From: an uncultured Methylophilaceae bacterium
Lineage (GTDB): Bacteria; Pseudomonadota; Gammaproteobacteria; Burkholderiales; Methylophilaceae
DNA: 64,000 nt
Direction: 5' to 3'
NCBI GenBank assembly: GCA_964466895.1
Contig: CAYXOR010000002.1
Coordinates: 20,914 to 84,913 of the forward strand
In this document: one piece after another, positions 8,248 to 19,452 of the stretch
Numbering within the stretch: the stretch's first letter is position 1
How the letters are laid out: every line of letters begins with the position of its first letter
Translations under genes and position numbers: made by a program
Notes under the pieces: model-generated
What the model was told of the DNA's origin: nothing
What the model saw: the letters and a program-made list of their open reading frames with translations, nothing else
Database searches by the model: none

Positions 8248-9650
8248 GTAATCGTTATGCTTTGATTCTATGTGGAGGTTCTGGCACACGTTTGTGGCCA
8301 CTTTCTCGTACATTACGCCCCAAACAACTATTGCCACTTAATGGTAAAGCAACGTTGCTTCAGCAAACAACAGAGCGTTTGCTGGCACACATTCCAGCAG
8401 CTAATTTATTTACTGTCACGCACGAAGATCATAAGTTTGAAGTGAAAGGGCAGTTAGCAGAGGTTGCGCCTGATGCAGTCGCTAATGTTTTAGCCGAACC
8501 GTGTGCTAGAAACACATTGCCAGCTATTGCTTGGGCGGTTAGTCAAATTCATCAACAAGACCCTGATGCCATTATCGGTGTTTTTGCATCAGACCATGCG
8601 ATTGATAACCAGCCAGCATTCGTCGAGGCTTGGAAAACGGCAGAAGCCGCAGCAGCCGATGACTATTTAGTTCTACTGGGGATTAAGCCGCATGAGCCTG
8701 CAACTGGTTATGGTTATATTAAGCCAAGTCATGTCATAAAAGAAGGCAGTATGTCAGTGCATGAAGTGGATCAGTTTGTGGAAAAGCCCGATACAGAAAA
8801 AGCCAAACAGTTTGTCAGTGATGGTTATTTGTGGAATAGCGGTATGTTTGTATTTAAGGCGAGTGCCTTTATGCAATTATTTCAGCAACATCAACCAGAA
8901 ATGTCACAGCAATTAGGTAATATGACAACAGAAAACTTTGCTGAGACCTATGCTAACTTTACCAATATATCGATTGATTATGGTCTTGCAGAAAAAGCAG
9001 AAAAAGTAGCTGTTGTGCCCGTTGATATGGCATGGAGCGATTTAGGCAGTTGGGACTCCATCTACCAAAAGCATGCAAAAGATGCTAATAACAATGTCAT
9101 GCATGGTGAAGTTTTTGCGCAAGATACGACCAATAGTTTGTTGTGGAGTGAAGCCAGTATGCTGGCAACTGCTGGTCTAGATAATATTGTCGTCATCCAA
9201 ACTGCAGACGCAACATTGGTTTGCGACCGAAGTTGTACAGAAGAAATTAAATCGTTAGTGGCGCGTGTAAAAGAATATAAGTCGGAATTAACTGAAATAC
9301 ATCAAACGGCGCATCGTCCGTGGGGTACGTATACGGTATTAGAAGAATCGACTAACTTTAAAATTAAACGCATTATGGTGAACCCTGGTGCAAAGCTGTC
9401 TATGCAGATGCATAAGCACCGCTCTGAGCACTGGGTAGTGGTTTCAGGTGAGGCAACCATTACCAACGGTGATATGGAATTTACTTTACAACCAAATCAA
9501 TCAACCTATATTCCAAAAACACACCGCCACCGCTTGGCCAACATGGGATCTGAGCCGCTTAATATTATTGAAGTACAGTGTGGTGATTATGTGGGTGAAG
9601 ATGACATTATCCGGTTTGATGATAGTTACGGAAGAGTTGTTGAGAAATAA
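8244..9650 (+). CDS. manC: Mannose-1-phosphate guanylyltransferase / mannose-6-phosphate isomerase (type II PMI-GMP)
   Basis: N-terminal ILCGGSGTRLWPLSR nucleotidyltransferase motif. C-terminal cupin RPWGTY...HKHRSEHWVVVSGEA. Confidence 0.92.
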   Translation: MSNRYALILCGGSGTRLWPLSRTLRPKQLLPLNGKATLLQQTTERLLAHIPAANLFTVTHEDHKFEVKGQLAEVAPDAVANVLAEPCARNTLPAIAWAVSQIHQQDPDAIIGVFASDHAIDNQPAFVEAWKTAEAAAADDYLVLLGIKPHEPATGYGYIKPSHVIKEGSMSVHEVDQFVEKPDTEKAKQFVSDGYLWNSGMFVFKASAFMQLFQQHQPEMSQQLGNMTTENFAETYANFTNISIDYGLAEKAEKVAVVPVDMAWSDLGSWDSIYQKHAKDANNNVMHGEVFAQDTTNSLLWSEASMLATAGLDNIVVIQTADATLVCDRSCTEEIKSLVARVKEYKSELTEIHQTAHRPWGTYTVLEESTNFKIKRIMVNPGAKLSMQMHKHRSEHWVVVSGEATITNGDMEFTLQPNQSTYIPKTHRHRLANMGSEPLNIIEVQCGDYVGEDDIIRFDDSYGRVVEK

Positions 9651-9684
9651 ACATGCTTAATGATTGGTTTCTAGGGATGTGTCA

Positions 9685-10851
9685 ATGAAAATAACCGTCG
9701 TAGGCACAGGCTATGTTGGATTGTCAAATGCTATGTTGCTTGCTCAGCATAATGAGGTTGTTGCGCTAGATATCTTGAAAGATAGAATCGCAATGCTTCA
9801 TCGAAGTGAGTCACCTATCGCTGATGAGGAAATAGAAAGTTATCTTAAAAATAAAGCGTTAAATTTTAGGGCAACATTAGATAAGTCAGATGCATATAAA
9901 GATGCACACTATGTTGTTATCGCCACACCAACAGACTACGACTCAGAAACAAATAGTTTTAATACCAGCTCTGTAGAGACCGTTGTTAAAGATGTTATCT
10001 CTATAAACATTAACGCAATTATCGTAATTAAGTCTACAGTGCCTGTTGGCTTTACAGATAAGATAAGAAAGGAGTTGAAAAGCGATAACATTATTTTTTC
10101 ACCAGAATTTTTGCGTGAAGGGAAGGCGCTTAATGACAACTTGAAGCCCACAAGAATTGTTATAGGCGAGCAGTCAAAACGAGCAGAAACGTTTGCATTT
10201 TTATTGCAACAAGGCGCGACAAAGAAAAATATCCCAGTGTTGTATACGCAGTCTAAGGAGGCAGAAGCGATTAAGCTTTTTGCTAATACTTATCTTGCAA
10301 TGCGAGTCGCTTATTTTAATGAGCTTGATACTTATGCTGCCACACTTGAATTGGATGCGAAGCAAATTATTAATGGTGTTTGTCTTGACCCTCGAATTGG
10401 TAATCATTACAACAACCCCTCTTTTGGTTATGGTGGTTATTGCCTACCAAAGGATACTAAACAATTATTAGCTAATTATAAAGGTGTACCGCAAAGCTTA
10501 ATCAATGCAGTGGTTGAGGCTAATACAACACGAAAAGATTTTATTGCAGATTGCATTGTAAAGAAAGAGCCAAAAGTGGTTGGCATTTATCGGTTAACGA
10601 TGAAAAAAGATTCTGATAATTTTCGTGCTAGTGCAATACAAGGGATTATGAAGCGCATCAAGGCTAAAGGTATTGAAGTGGTTGTTTTTGAACCAAGCAT
10701 AACTGAATCAAGTTTTTTTGATTCTAAGGTTATTAATGATTTAGATAAATTTAAACAGTCCGCTGATTTGATTGTGGCAAATAGAGTTGATGATGAGATT
10801 AGAGATGTGGCTGAAAAAGTTTTTAGTCGCGACCTTTTTGGGGCTGATTAA
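9685..10851 (+). CDS. ugd: UDP-glucose 6-dehydrogenase
   Basis: [16 protein letters not shown] Rossmann motif and the catalytic region [10 protein letters not shown]. The track start 9664 is a TTG; ATG 9685 is more likely. Confidence 0.92.
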   Translation: MKITVVGTGYVGLSNAMLLAQHNEVVALDILKDRIAMLHRSESPIADEEIESYLKNKALNFRATLDKSDAYKDAHYVVIATPTDYDSETNSFNTSSVETVVKDVISININAIIVIKSTVPVGFTDKIRKELKSDNIIFSPEFLREGKALNDNLKPTRIVIGEQSKRAETFAFLLQQGATKKNIPVLYTQSKEAEAIKLFANTYLAMRVAYFNELDTYAATLELDAKQIINGVCLDPRIGNHYNNPSFGYGGYCLPKDTKQLLANYKGVPQSLINAVVEANTTRKDFIADCIVKKEPKVVGIYRLTMKKDSDNFRASAIQGIMKRIKAKGIEVVVFEPSITESSFFDSKVINDLDKFKQSADLIVANRVDDEIRDVAEKVFSRDLFGAD

Positions 10852-10908
10852 TCATATTTTTTTTGAATATGTATTGCTGGTGCAATTAACATAAGGGAGC
10901 AGTTGTAT

Positions 10909-11994
10909 ATGAGTAAAGTGGCTTTAATTACAGGCGTAACAGGCCAGGATGGTGCTTATTTGGCAGAGCTTTTATTAGGTAAAGGCTACGTTGTGCATGG
11001 CATCAAGCGTCGCGCATCATTGTTTAATACTGATCGAATTGATCATTTGTATCAAGACCCTCATGTGGATAACAAAAACTTTGTACTGCATTATGGCGAT
11101 TTAACTGACTCTACTAATTTAATTCGTATTATTCAGCAAGTTCAGCCTGATGAAATATACAACCTTGCTGCGATGAGTCATGTAGCCGTTAGTTTTGAAA
11201 CACCTGAATATACCGCGAATGCAGATGGTATTGGTACACTTCGGATATTAGAAGCTATTCGAATTTTAGGTTTAGAAAAGAAAACAAAGTTTTATCAAGC
11301 CTCAACTTCTGAACTTTATGGCTTGGTACAAGAAACACCTCAAACAGAAACAACCCCCTTTTACCCACGGAGTCCATATGCAGTGGCGAAGCTTTATGCT
11401 TACTGGATAACGGTGAATTACCGTGAAGCTTATGGTATGTATGCTTGTAATGGCATTTTGTTTAACCACGAGAGCCCAGTCCGAGGTGAAACCTTTGTGA
11501 CAAGAAAGATAACGCGAGCTATTGCTCGTATTAAGCTTGGTCTGCAAGAGTGCTTGTATTTAGGTAACCTTGATGCATTAAGGGACTGGGGGCATGCCAA
11601 AGATTATGTGGAAATGCAATGGTTAATGTTGCAGCAAGATATTGCAGAAGACTTCGTCATTGCAACAGGTAAGCAATATAGTGTGCGAGATTTTGTTAAT
11701 GCATCTGCTAAAGAGTTAGGTATAAGCATCAAATGGCAAGGTAGTGGTGTAGATGAAAAAGGGTACACCGCAGATGGTAGGTGTATTGTTCAAGTCGATT
11801 CACGTTATTTTAGACCAACAGAAGTGGAAACTTTGCTTGGAGACCCAAGTAAAGCCAAACAAAAGCTCGGCTGGACCCCTAAGATTAGTTTTAATGAACT
11901 TGTGTCAGAAATGGTGTGTGAGGATTACAAATCTGCGCAACGTGATGAACTAGTTAAAGAGCACGGTTTCCAAACTATGGATTATCACGAGTAA
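10909..11994 (+). CDS. gmd: GDP-mannose 4,6-dehydratase
   Basis: [36 protein letters not shown] and [17 protein letters not shown] motifs. AAGGGAG RBS upstream of ATG 10909. Confidence 0.95.
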   Translation: MSKVALITGVTGQDGAYLAELLLGKGYVVHGIKRRASLFNTDRIDHLYQDPHVDNKNFVLHYGDLTDSTNLIRIIQQVQPDEIYNLAAMSHVAVSFETPEYTANADGIGTLRILEAIRILGLEKKTKFYQASTSELYGLVQETPQTETTPFYPRSPYAVAKLYAYWITVNYREAYGMYACNGILFNHESPVRGETFVTRKITRAIARIKLGLQECLYLGNLDALRDWGHAKDYVEMQWLMLQQDIAEDFVIATGKQYSVRDFVNASAKELGISIKWQGSGVDEKGYTADGRCIVQVDSRYFRPTEVETLLGDPSKAKQKLGWTPKISFNELVSEMVCEDYKSAQRDELVKEHGFQTMDYHE

Positions 11995-12002
11995 TTACCA
12001 CA

Positions 12003-13196
12003 ATGCAGTCAATACTTAATCTAATAGGACGTAGTGACGGGCTTTTTTGTGCTGATGTAGCAGACAATAAAAAAGCGCTGCAAAAGATAGTTAAGAACTC
12101 ATCATTTTTAGTGTTAGGTGCTGCTGGTACTATTGGGCAAGCGGTTGTGAAAGAGATATTTAAACGGAATCCCTCAAAGCTACATGCTGTCGATATTAGT
12201 GAAAACAACATGGTCGAGCTTGTTAGAGACCTACGTAGCTCATGTGGCTATATTGATGGGGAGTTTAAAACCTTTGCCTTGGACATTGGATCTATTGAGT
12301 ATGATGCATTCATCAACTCTGATGGACAGTACGATTATGTTTTGAATTTATCTGCATTAAAGCATGTTCGTAGTGAAAAGGATCCTTTTACATTAATGCG
12401 CATGGTTGATGTTAATGTTTTTAATACAGAAAAAACAATAAAACAGTCTATTAGTAGCGGTAAGGTGAAAAAGTACTTTTGTGTTTCTACGGACAAAGCA
12501 GCAAACCCAGTTAATATGATGGGAGCATCTAAGCGCATTATGGAAATGTTTCTAATGCGTAGAAGTTTGGAGCTGCCAATTTCAACTGCTAGATTTGCAA
12601 ATGTTGCGTTCTCTGATGGCTCATTATTGCACGGGTTTAATCAACGGATTCAAAAAAAGCAACCCATCGTAGCACCGCAAGACATTAAGCGCTATTTTGT
12701 AACGCCGCAAGAATCTGGTGAGTTGTGCTTAATGAGCTGCCTTATGGGTGAGAATAGAGATATATTTTTTCCTAAACTAAGTCGGAAAATGCATTTAATT
12801 TCATTTTCTGATATTGCTGTTAAATATTTAGAGCAACTGGGTTACGAACCTTATCTTTGTTCTTCCGAAGATGAAGCAAGGCGGTTAGTAGGCACACTTC
12901 CAGCAAGCGGAAAATGGCCTTGTTTGTTCACCAATAGTGATACTACAGGCGAAAAAGATTTTGAAGAGTTTTATACAGAGTTAGAGACTCTTGATTTAGA
13001 TAGATTTAATAATATAGGCATAATTAAAAACTCGCCGATATTTGATGATGCTAATTTAAATTTTTTCGAAGCAAAAATTGCTGAACTTAAAACGCAAAAA
13101 AGTTGGAAAAAAGATCAAATTATGCATTTATTTTTCCACATGATACCTAGCTTCTCACATAAAGAAACAGGTAAGTACCTTGATAGCAAGATGTAA
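12003..13196 (+). CDS. Soluble CapD/PglF-type nucleotide-sugar 4,6-dehydratase (short form)
   Basis: VLGAAGTIGQAVVKEI Rossmann motif and STDKAANPVNMMGASKRIMEMF, the CapD/WbpM catalytic signature. 397 aa with no TM domain. Confidence 0.75.
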   Translation: MQSILNLIGRSDGLFCADVADNKKALQKIVKNSSFLVLGAAGTIGQAVVKEIFKRNPSKLHAVDISENNMVELVRDLRSSCGYIDGEFKTFALDIGSIEYDAFINSDGQYDYVLNLSALKHVRSEKDPFTLMRMVDVNVFNTEKTIKQSISSGKVKKYFCVSTDKAANPVNMMGASKRIMEMFLMRRSLELPISTARFANVAFSDGSLLHGFNQRIQKKQPIVAPQDIKRYFVTPQESGELCLMSCLMGENRDIFFPKLSRKMHLISFSDIAVKYLEQLGYEPYLCSSEDEARRLVGTLPASGKWPCLFTNSDTTGEKDFEEFYTELETLDLDRFNNIGIIKNSPIFDDANLNFFEAKIAELKTQKSWKKDQIMHLFFHMIPSFSHKETGKYLDSKM

Positions 13197-14680
13197 TGCT
13201 TTTTAACTCTGTAGTATTTATTTTTGCTTTTTTGCCCATTACCTTTTGGGTTTACTTTTACCTAAATAAAAAAAAATTAACTGAAGCAAGTAAAGGTTTT
13301 TTAGTCTTTAGCAGCTTGTTTTTTTATAGTTGGTGGAATATTGCATATTTACCTCTAATCTTATCCTCAGTGCTGTTTAATTATGTTGTTGGCAATATCC
13401 TGACTAAGAACGAGCACGTGGGCAATAGCCCTAAGGGTTGTAAGCGGCTTTCAAGAAAAAGCATTTTAACTATTGGCGTTATTTTTAATCTTGGACTGCT
13501 CGGATACTTTAAATACAGTGATTTTTTAATTGAAAATACTAATTTTGTCCTTGGTACTAATCATTCATTGTTAAACCTTGCACTTCCGTTAGCAATTTCA
13601 TTTTTCACCTTTCAGCAAATAGCCTACTTAGTAGATAGTTATAGGCAGGAAACAAAGGAGTATGATTTTTTAAACTATGCTAACTTCGTTACTTTTTTTC
13701 CTCAATTGATAGCAGGGCCTATTGTGCATCATAAAGAGATGATGCCACAGTTTTCTAACTCTAGAGCAAAGGTAATAAATTATAAAAACATATCTCTAGG
13801 ACTGTTTATTTTTGCTATTGGACTATTTAAAAAAGTAGTTATTGCTGATTCATTCTCAGGGTGGGCTAATGCTGGGTTTGACACAGCAATTTCATTAAAC
13901 TTTTTTGAGGCTTGGGCAACTAGCCTTTCATACACATTTCAACTCTACTTTGATTTTAGTGGTTATACCGATATGGCTATTGGTGCAGCTTTATTATTTA
14001 ATATAAAGCTACCGATAAATTTTAATAGCCCTTATAAAGCGACCAGCATACAAGACTTTTGGAGACGGTGGCACATTACATTAAGTAGGTTTCTTCGGGA
14101 TTATATATATATTCCACTTGGAGGAAGTCAATTAGGAAATTTTCGAGTATATACAAACGTAATGGCAACTTTTGTTCTTGGTGGAATATGGCATGGTGCG
14201 GGCTGGACATTTATTTTTTGGGGTACTTTACATGGGGTGGCATTAGTTCTATATAGGCTATGGAGTAAATTAGGGATACAAGTTTGGACTTGGTTGTCTT
14301 GGTTTATTACTTTTAACTTTATAAATATTGCATGGGTGTTTTTTAGAGCAAAAGAATGGAACGATTCCATTAAAGTGCTTAAAGGGATGGTTGGAATTAA
14401 TGGAATAATCATTGCAGAAAAGCACGAAAAATATATGGGAGCTTTATCTTCATTTGATTTTATATCCTATGGGGAAGTTACAACTAGCATTGGTGGTGGA
14501 ATGGCTGTTTTAAATTGGCTTTTACTTGGCTTTTTTATGGTTTTATTTACCAAGAATAGTGCTGCGCATGGAGTTGAGTTTAAACCTAACATTTATAAGG
14601 CCTTTTATATGGTTTGCTTATTTGTGGCCTCTGTTTTAATGATGTCAGAAGAAAGTGAATTTTTGTATTTTAATTTTTAG
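13196..14680 (+). CDS. MBOAT-family membrane-bound O-acyltransferase (AlgI/DltB/PatA-like)
   Basis: 494 aa, polytopic. FWRRWHITLSRFLRDYIYIPLGG contains the conserved MBOAT His region. TAATG overlap with the upstream gene. Confidence 0.9.
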   Translation: MLFNSVVFIFAFLPITFWVYFYLNKKKLTEASKGFLVFSSLFFYSWWNIAYLPLILSSVLFNYVVGNILTKNEHVGNSPKGCKRLSRKSILTIGVIFNLGLLGYFKYSDFLIENTNFVLGTNHSLLNLALPLAISFFTFQQIAYLVDSYRQETKEYDFLNYANFVTFFPQLIAGPIVHHKEMMPQFSNSRAKVINYKNISLGLFIFAIGLFKKVVIADSFSGWANAGFDTAISLNFFEAWATSLSYTFQLYFDFSGYTDMAIGAALLFNIKLPINFNSPYKATSIQDFWRRWHITLSRFLRDYIYIPLGGSQLGNFRVYTNVMATFVLGGIWHGAGWTFIFWGTLHGVALVLYRLWSKLGIQVWTWLSWFITFNFINIAWVFFRAKEWNDSIKVLKGMVGINGIIIAEKHEKYMGALSSFDFISYGEVTTSIGGGMAVLNWLLLGFFMVLFTKNSAAHGVEFKPNIYKAFYMVCLFVASVLMMSEESEFLYFNF

Positions 14681-14688
14681 GAAAGAGT

Positions 14689-15783
14689 GTGTATAAAAAA
14701 TATTTAAAACTATCATCACTTCTTTTTATGGCCTTAATGTTATGCATTGCTGGAATAAATATTTTCGTTGACCCTGGTGAGATATATTTTAAAAAAGTTA
14801 TTTCAGAAAATATGTCAAATGATCTTGCAAGTAAATTGCTTCGTTCAGACAATGGTGTAATCCAAACGGGATGGAATGAGCGATTGGTTAAGGTGGCGCT
14901 GGCAAAGGCCGCGGGAGATTTTGACTGCGTGGTCTTGGGTTCTAGCCGGGTTATGCAAATATCAATCATCAGGAATACAGGGGGCATTAAGGAGCAATGT
15001 AATAGCCTTGTTAACTTGGGTGTAAGTGGTGGTGGAATTGAAGATATATCTATATTTTCATATTTGGTGCTAAATAATTCAAAACGACCCAAACGCGTTT
15101 ATATTGGTATTGATCCATGGACGTTAAAGTTTGGTATGGATTCAAGGTACGGAGCATATGAGCATTTGTATGGAAAGATGAATGTTCTTTTAGGTGATGA
15201 AATTTCAATTGAAAACTCTGCATACTCACAGAAAACATTTAAAAATTTATTTAATGGAAAGTACTTCTATCAAAGTATTAGACGTCTCATTAAGGGAGAC
15301 GGTGCTAACTCTAGTTTCATGAAAGAAATACAGTACCCTAAGCGAGGTTTTTCATATGTGACGGGGTATGTTGAAGCGGTCATATTAGCTGATGGCTCAC
15401 ATGTCTATGCAAGAAAATGGATTGAACAGCAAAAGAACAAAAGGGTAAGGCTGGGTGAGGGGAGCTATAAAATAAATGGTATCCCATACGATCCAATTGC
15501 CATAAAATATTTTAAAAAAATTATTGGTTTATATCAAAAAAATGATGTTGAAGTGGAATTGGTTATGATTCCATATCATTCAAATATATTTAAGATAAGG
15601 CAGTCGGAACCTGTTAAAACGATTGCGTTAATAGATCAAGTTGTTAAGAAATTCGCGAAGGAAAATAGTTTAAAATATCATGGTTCATTTATGCCTAATA
15701 TATTGGGGTGTGAAAATATTGAATTTTATGACTTTATGCATCCTACAAATGAATGTCTTAACAAAATTAATTTCGGAGCATGA
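14689..15783 (+). CDS. Membrane-anchored SGNH/DltD-like partner of the MBOAT acyltransferase
   Basis: N-terminal TM anchor, VVLGSSRVMQ (GSS nucleophile block) and C-terminal YDFMHPT (DxxH block). Lies directly downstream of the MBOAT gene. Confidence 0.55.
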   Translation: MYKKYLKLSSLLFMALMLCIAGINIFVDPGEIYFKKVISENMSNDLASKLLRSDNGVIQTGWNERLVKVALAKAAGDFDCVVLGSSRVMQISIIRNTGGIKEQCNSLVNLGVSGGGIEDISIFSYLVLNNSKRPKRVYIGIDPWTLKFGMDSRYGAYEHLYGKMNVLLGDEISIENSAYSQKTFKNLFNGKYFYQSIRRLIKGDGANSSFMKEIQYPKRGFSYVTGYVEAVILADGSHVYARKWIEQQKNKRVRLGEGSYKINGIPYDPIAIKYFKKIIGLYQKNDVEVELVMIPYHSNIFKIRQSEPVKTIALIDQVVKKFAKENSLKYHGSFMPNILGCENIEFYDFMHPTNECLNKINFGA

Positions 15784-15811
15784 TCTTAATGTGTAATATG
15801 AGGTGGGTATT

Positions 15812-16951
15812 ATGTTTGATGATGTAATTAGTTTTATCCGTGACATCTATGAAACAGATGGCTTTTTAGCATTGCATGAGCCAGTGTTTTTAGGGAATGA
15901 AAAAAAATATCTCAATGAGTGTATAGACTCAACATTCGTGTCATCAGTTGGGAAGTTTGTTGATCAGTTTGAGGATATGCTAGCGGAATATACTGGTGCG
16001 AAATATGCTATTGCGACTGTAAATGGTACAGCAGCACTCCATATAGCATTAAAACTTGCTGGTGTGGATGAAAGCAGTGAAGTGATCACGCAACCACTTT
16101 CATTTATAGCAACGTGTAATGCGATTAGCTATTGTGGTGCAAAACCAGTTTTTGTTGACGTAGACAGAGATACAATGGGTTTAAGCCCGAATAGTTTGCT
16201 AATGTTTCTTAAAGAGAAAACTGAGCAGCGCGGCAATGAGTGTTACAACAAAAGAACAGGAGCTAGAATCTCCTCAGTGCTACCAATGCATACTTATGGG
16301 CGCCCTTGCCGGATACAAAAAATTACTGACATATGCGCAGAATATAACATTCCATTAGTAGAAGATGCTGCAGAAAGCCTAGGGAGTTATTACAAGGGCC
16401 AACACACTGGCACATTTGGCAAAGTTGGAGCATTCAGTTTTAATGGGAATAAAACAATTACAACCGGAGGTGGTGGCATGATTGTTACGGATGATGCTGT
16501 TTTGGCTAAAAAAGCCAAACATATAACCACTACAGCTAAAGTGCCTCATGCCTATGAGTTTGTACATGATGAAATAGGATACAATTACCGCCTTCCAAAC
16601 ATTAATGCGGCTTTGGGGTGTGCTCAAATGGAAAAGCTAAGCACTATTCTTCGTAATAAAAAAGAAACAGCATCATTGTATCAAAAGTTTTTTGAGATTA
16701 ATGAAATAGACTTTATTACAGAGCCTGCTGATTCCCAGTCTAATTACTGGTTAAATACGATTGCATTTAACAATCAAAATGATAGAGATGACTTTTTAAA
16801 AAGCACTAACGATGCAGGCATTATGACTCGTCCAATTTGGAAATTAATGAGTAAGCTGAAAATGTTTCAAAACTGCCAATGCGCGGATTTATCAAATTCT
16901 CTTTGGCTTGAAGCGCGTTTGGCCAATATTCCAAGCGGAGTAAGGTTGTGA
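15812..16951 (+). CDS. DegT/DnrJ/EryC1-family PLP-dependent nucleotide-sugar aminotransferase (LegC/PglE-like)
   Basis: Length and motifs FSFNGNKTITTGGGGMI (PLP-Lys region) and GYNYRLPNINAALG. ATG 15812 is preferred over GTG 15803. Confidence 0.9.
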   Translation: MFDDVISFIRDIYETDGFLALHEPVFLGNEKKYLNECIDSTFVSSVGKFVDQFEDMLAEYTGAKYAIATVNGTAALHIALKLAGVDESSEVITQPLSFIATCNAISYCGAKPVFVDVDRDTMGLSPNSLLMFLKEKTEQRGNECYNKRTGARISSVLPMHTYGRPCRIQKITDICAEYNIPLVEDAAESLGSYYKGQHTGTFGKVGAFSFNGNKTITTGGGGMIVTDDAVLAKKAKHITTTAKVPHAYEFVHDEIGYNYRLPNINAALGCAQMEKLSTILRNKKETASLYQKFFEINEIDFITEPADSQSNYWLNTIAFNNQNDRDDFLKSTNDAGIMTRPIWKLMSKLKMFQNCQCADLSNSLWLEARLANIPSGVRL

Positions 16952-17526
16952 ATAAGTTGATTTTGATTGGTGGTGGTGGGCACTGTAAGTCATGTATTGA
17001 TGTTATTGAGCAATCAGGCTTACATGAGATTGTTGGTATCCTTGATAGGCAGGAGAATGTTGGTCAGAAAGTATTAGGGTATGACATCGTTGGAACAGAT
17101 GAGCAGATTGAAAGATGGGTAAACGAAGGGTGTGAATTTTTAGTTACTGTTGGGCAAGTAAGAAGCTCTCATGTTAGACAAGGGTTATATAGTAAACTCT
17201 TACAATATGAAGCAAAAATTGCTACGATTATTTCACCGCGGGCATATGTTTCAAAACATGCCGTGATAGAGGCTGGTTCGATTGTTATGCATGATGCTTT
17301 AATAAATGCAAATGCTCGTATTGGAAAAAACTGCATTATCAATTCTAAAGCACTGGTCGAGCATGATGCTGTGATTGGTGATCATTGTCATATTTCCACA
17401 GCTGCAACCATTAATGGAGGAACAGAAATTAAACGAGGGACATTTTTTGGAAGTAATGCAACAAGTAGAGAGTATATTGCATCTAAGGAAGAGGCTTTTA
17501 TAAAAGCTGGGAGCACCTTGCAGTGA
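16948..17526 (+). CDS. NeuD/PglD/LegH-family hexapeptide-repeat sugar N-acetyltransferase
   Basis: LILIGGGGHCKSCIDVIE N-terminal Rossmann-like domain followed by left-handed beta-helix repeats. GTGA overlap with the aminotransferase gene. Confidence 0.85.
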   Translation: MNKLILIGGGGHCKSCIDVIEQSGLHEIVGILDRQENVGQKVLGYDIVGTDEQIERWVNEGCEFLVTVGQVRSSHVRQGLYSKLLQYEAKIATIISPRAYVSKHAVIEAGSIVMHDALINANARIGKNCIINSKALVEHDAVIGDHCHISTAATINGGTEIKRGTFFGSNATSREYIASKEEAFIKAGSTLQ

Positions 17527-18410
17527 ATAAAAAAATTGCATTTTTAACAACTGTTTTCCCTATGAAAAGTTCCTATTTAGATGACTTCTTCAAGTCTCTC
17601 AACGAACAAACATATACAAATTTTGATGTTGTTGTTGTCAATGATGGCTATGTAAACTTTAGAGAAGTTATGGTCGAGTTCAGCAATTTAAATATTATTG
17701 AATTACAACATTCTGATACGGTTGCAAAGAATAGGGAATTCGGTATAAATTTTGTTAAAGAAAATGATTACGATATTTTGATTTTTGGAGATAGCGATGA
17801 TTATTTTGATAAGAATAGAGTCCGAATTTCAGTCGAATTATTAGCTAATACCGATATTGTTGTTAATGATCTCACACTATTTAGTGACGCGAATGGCATT
17901 TTTCATAGAAAATATATTTCTAATAGAGTTGTTGGGAATACACAGGTAACGCTTGAATTCATTAAAAATAAAAATATATTTGGGCTGTCAAATACTGCTA
18001 TAAATGTCATGATTTTGGGTGATATTTCTTTTGACAAAGACATGGTTGCTGTTGATTGGTATTTATATACTATTTTGTTATTGAAAAATAAAAAAGCATT
18101 GTTTACAAATAAAACAATAACTTATTATAGGCAATACGGAAACAATGCAATTGGTATGGGACTAGGTTTAGCAACTAAAGAAGCTATTCTAAAGAGTATA
18201 TTAGTTAAGAGTAAGCACTATCACCTATTGAAAAAAGAAGATGAGTCGTTTATAGCGCTCTATGAAAACAACCTTAAACTGAAACATGAGTTTGAAGAGC
18301 ATGCAAAACTTGAGGAGTTAAATACGCATGTGGAAAATCCACTATGGTGGGAAGACTTAACGGTTAAAACTGAAGAAAAGGAAACCCCATATGAAAATTC
18401 AAATAACTAA
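17523..18410 (+). CDS. Glycosyltransferase family 2-like protein
   Basis: FLTTVFPMKS...FDVVVVNDGY and GDSDDYF (DxD) motifs. Embedded between the acetyltransferase and the NeuB-like synthase. Confidence 0.7.
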   Translation: MNKKIAFLTTVFPMKSSYLDDFFKSLNEQTYTNFDVVVVNDGYVNFREVMVEFSNLNIIELQHSDTVAKNREFGINFVKENDYDILIFGDSDDYFDKNRVRISVELLANTDIVVNDLTLFSDANGIFHRKYISNRVVGNTQVTLEFIKNKNIFGLSNTAINVMILGDISFDKDMVAVDWYLYTILLLKNKKALFTNKTITYYRQYGNNAIGMGLGLATKEAILKSILVKSKHYHLLKKEDESFIALYENNLKLKHEFEEHAKLEELNTHVENPLWWEDLTVKTEEKETPYENSNN

Positions 18411-19452
18411 AACTAAAAATGTATCTAATTATTGTAAGCCTTATATTATTGCTGAACTTGGTTCAAATCATAATGGGAAAATGGCATTGGCTAAGCAATT
18501 AATTGTTGCAGCAAAGGCTGCTGGTGCTGATTGTGTGAAATTCCAAAGTTGGACAAAAGGTAGTATTTTTGCGAAAAAAAAATATCAAGATAACTATTTT
18601 ATTGCAGATGATTATAGGGATAGAACAGATTTCACTCTTGAAGAGATAGTTGAGACATATTCTATTTCAGAGGATGAACTTCTTGAAATGAAAAAATTCG
18701 CTGATGAAGTCGGAATTGACTGCACTTCAACACCATTTAGTAAAGCTGAGGCAGACTTCTTGGTCGATAAAATGGACACGCCATATATAAAAGTTGCCTC
18801 AATGGATCTCAATAATTACCCATTTTTAGAATATTTAGCTAAAAAAGGAAAGCCTATAATTATTTCTACAGGCTTAAGTGAGCTGTATGAAATTGATAAG
18901 GCTGTTGAGGTGATTGAAAATGCTGGGAATACGCAAATAGTAATTTTGCATTGTGTGTCAACATATCCACCTGTAGATACCGATGTAAACCTTAATAATA
19001 TTAAAACATTAATGGTGACATATCCAGAATACCCAATTGGTTTTTCAGATCATACTATAGGCACAGCAATTCCTTTAGCATCAGTTGCTTTAGGTGTTTG
19101 TGTGATAGAAAAACACTTTACGTTGGATAAAAATATGGACGGTTGGGATCATAAAGTTTCTGCCACAAAAGATGAAATGATGGAGATTGTTGAGAATTCA
19201 AAAAGGATATCAGAGGCTTTGGGCTCTTTTAGAATAACGGCTACAGAGTCAGAAGAGAAAAAGAGAGAGTTTAGAAGAAGTGTTGTTCTCGCACGAGATA
19301 TGAAGAAAGGTGAAGTGCTTGGCGTAAATGAGATTGATTATAAAAGGCCTGGGGGAGAATTTCCGCCAGAAATGACCGAATATTTAATTGGTAGAACTAT
19401 AAACAAAGATTTGTCGTTTGATCATATTTTAAAGAAAGAAGATCTTGTATAA
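18391..19452 (+). CDS. neuB: N-acetylneuraminate synthase family enzyme (NeuB/LegI-like nonulosonic acid synthase)
   Basis: PYIIAELGSNHNGKMALAKQLIVAAKAAGADCVKFQ, DHTIG, and a C-terminal SAF/antifreeze-like domain (FRRSVVLARDMKKGEVL). Confidence 0.9.
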   Translation: MKIQITKTKNVSNYCKPYIIAELGSNHNGKMALAKQLIVAAKAAGADCVKFQSWTKGSIFAKKKYQDNYFIADDYRDRTDFTLEEIVETYSISEDELLEMKKFADEVGIDCTSTPFSKAEADFLVDKMDTPYIKVASMDLNNYPFLEYLAKKGKPIIISTGLSELYEIDKAVEVIENAGNTQIVILHCVSTYPPVDTDVNLNNIKTLMVTYPEYPIGFSDHTIGTAIPLASVALGVCVIEKHFTLDKNMDGWDHKVSATKDEMMEIVENSKRISEALGSFRITATESEEKKREFRRSVVLARDMKKGEVLGVNEIDYKRPGGEFPPEMTEYLIGRTINKDLSFDHILKKEDLV

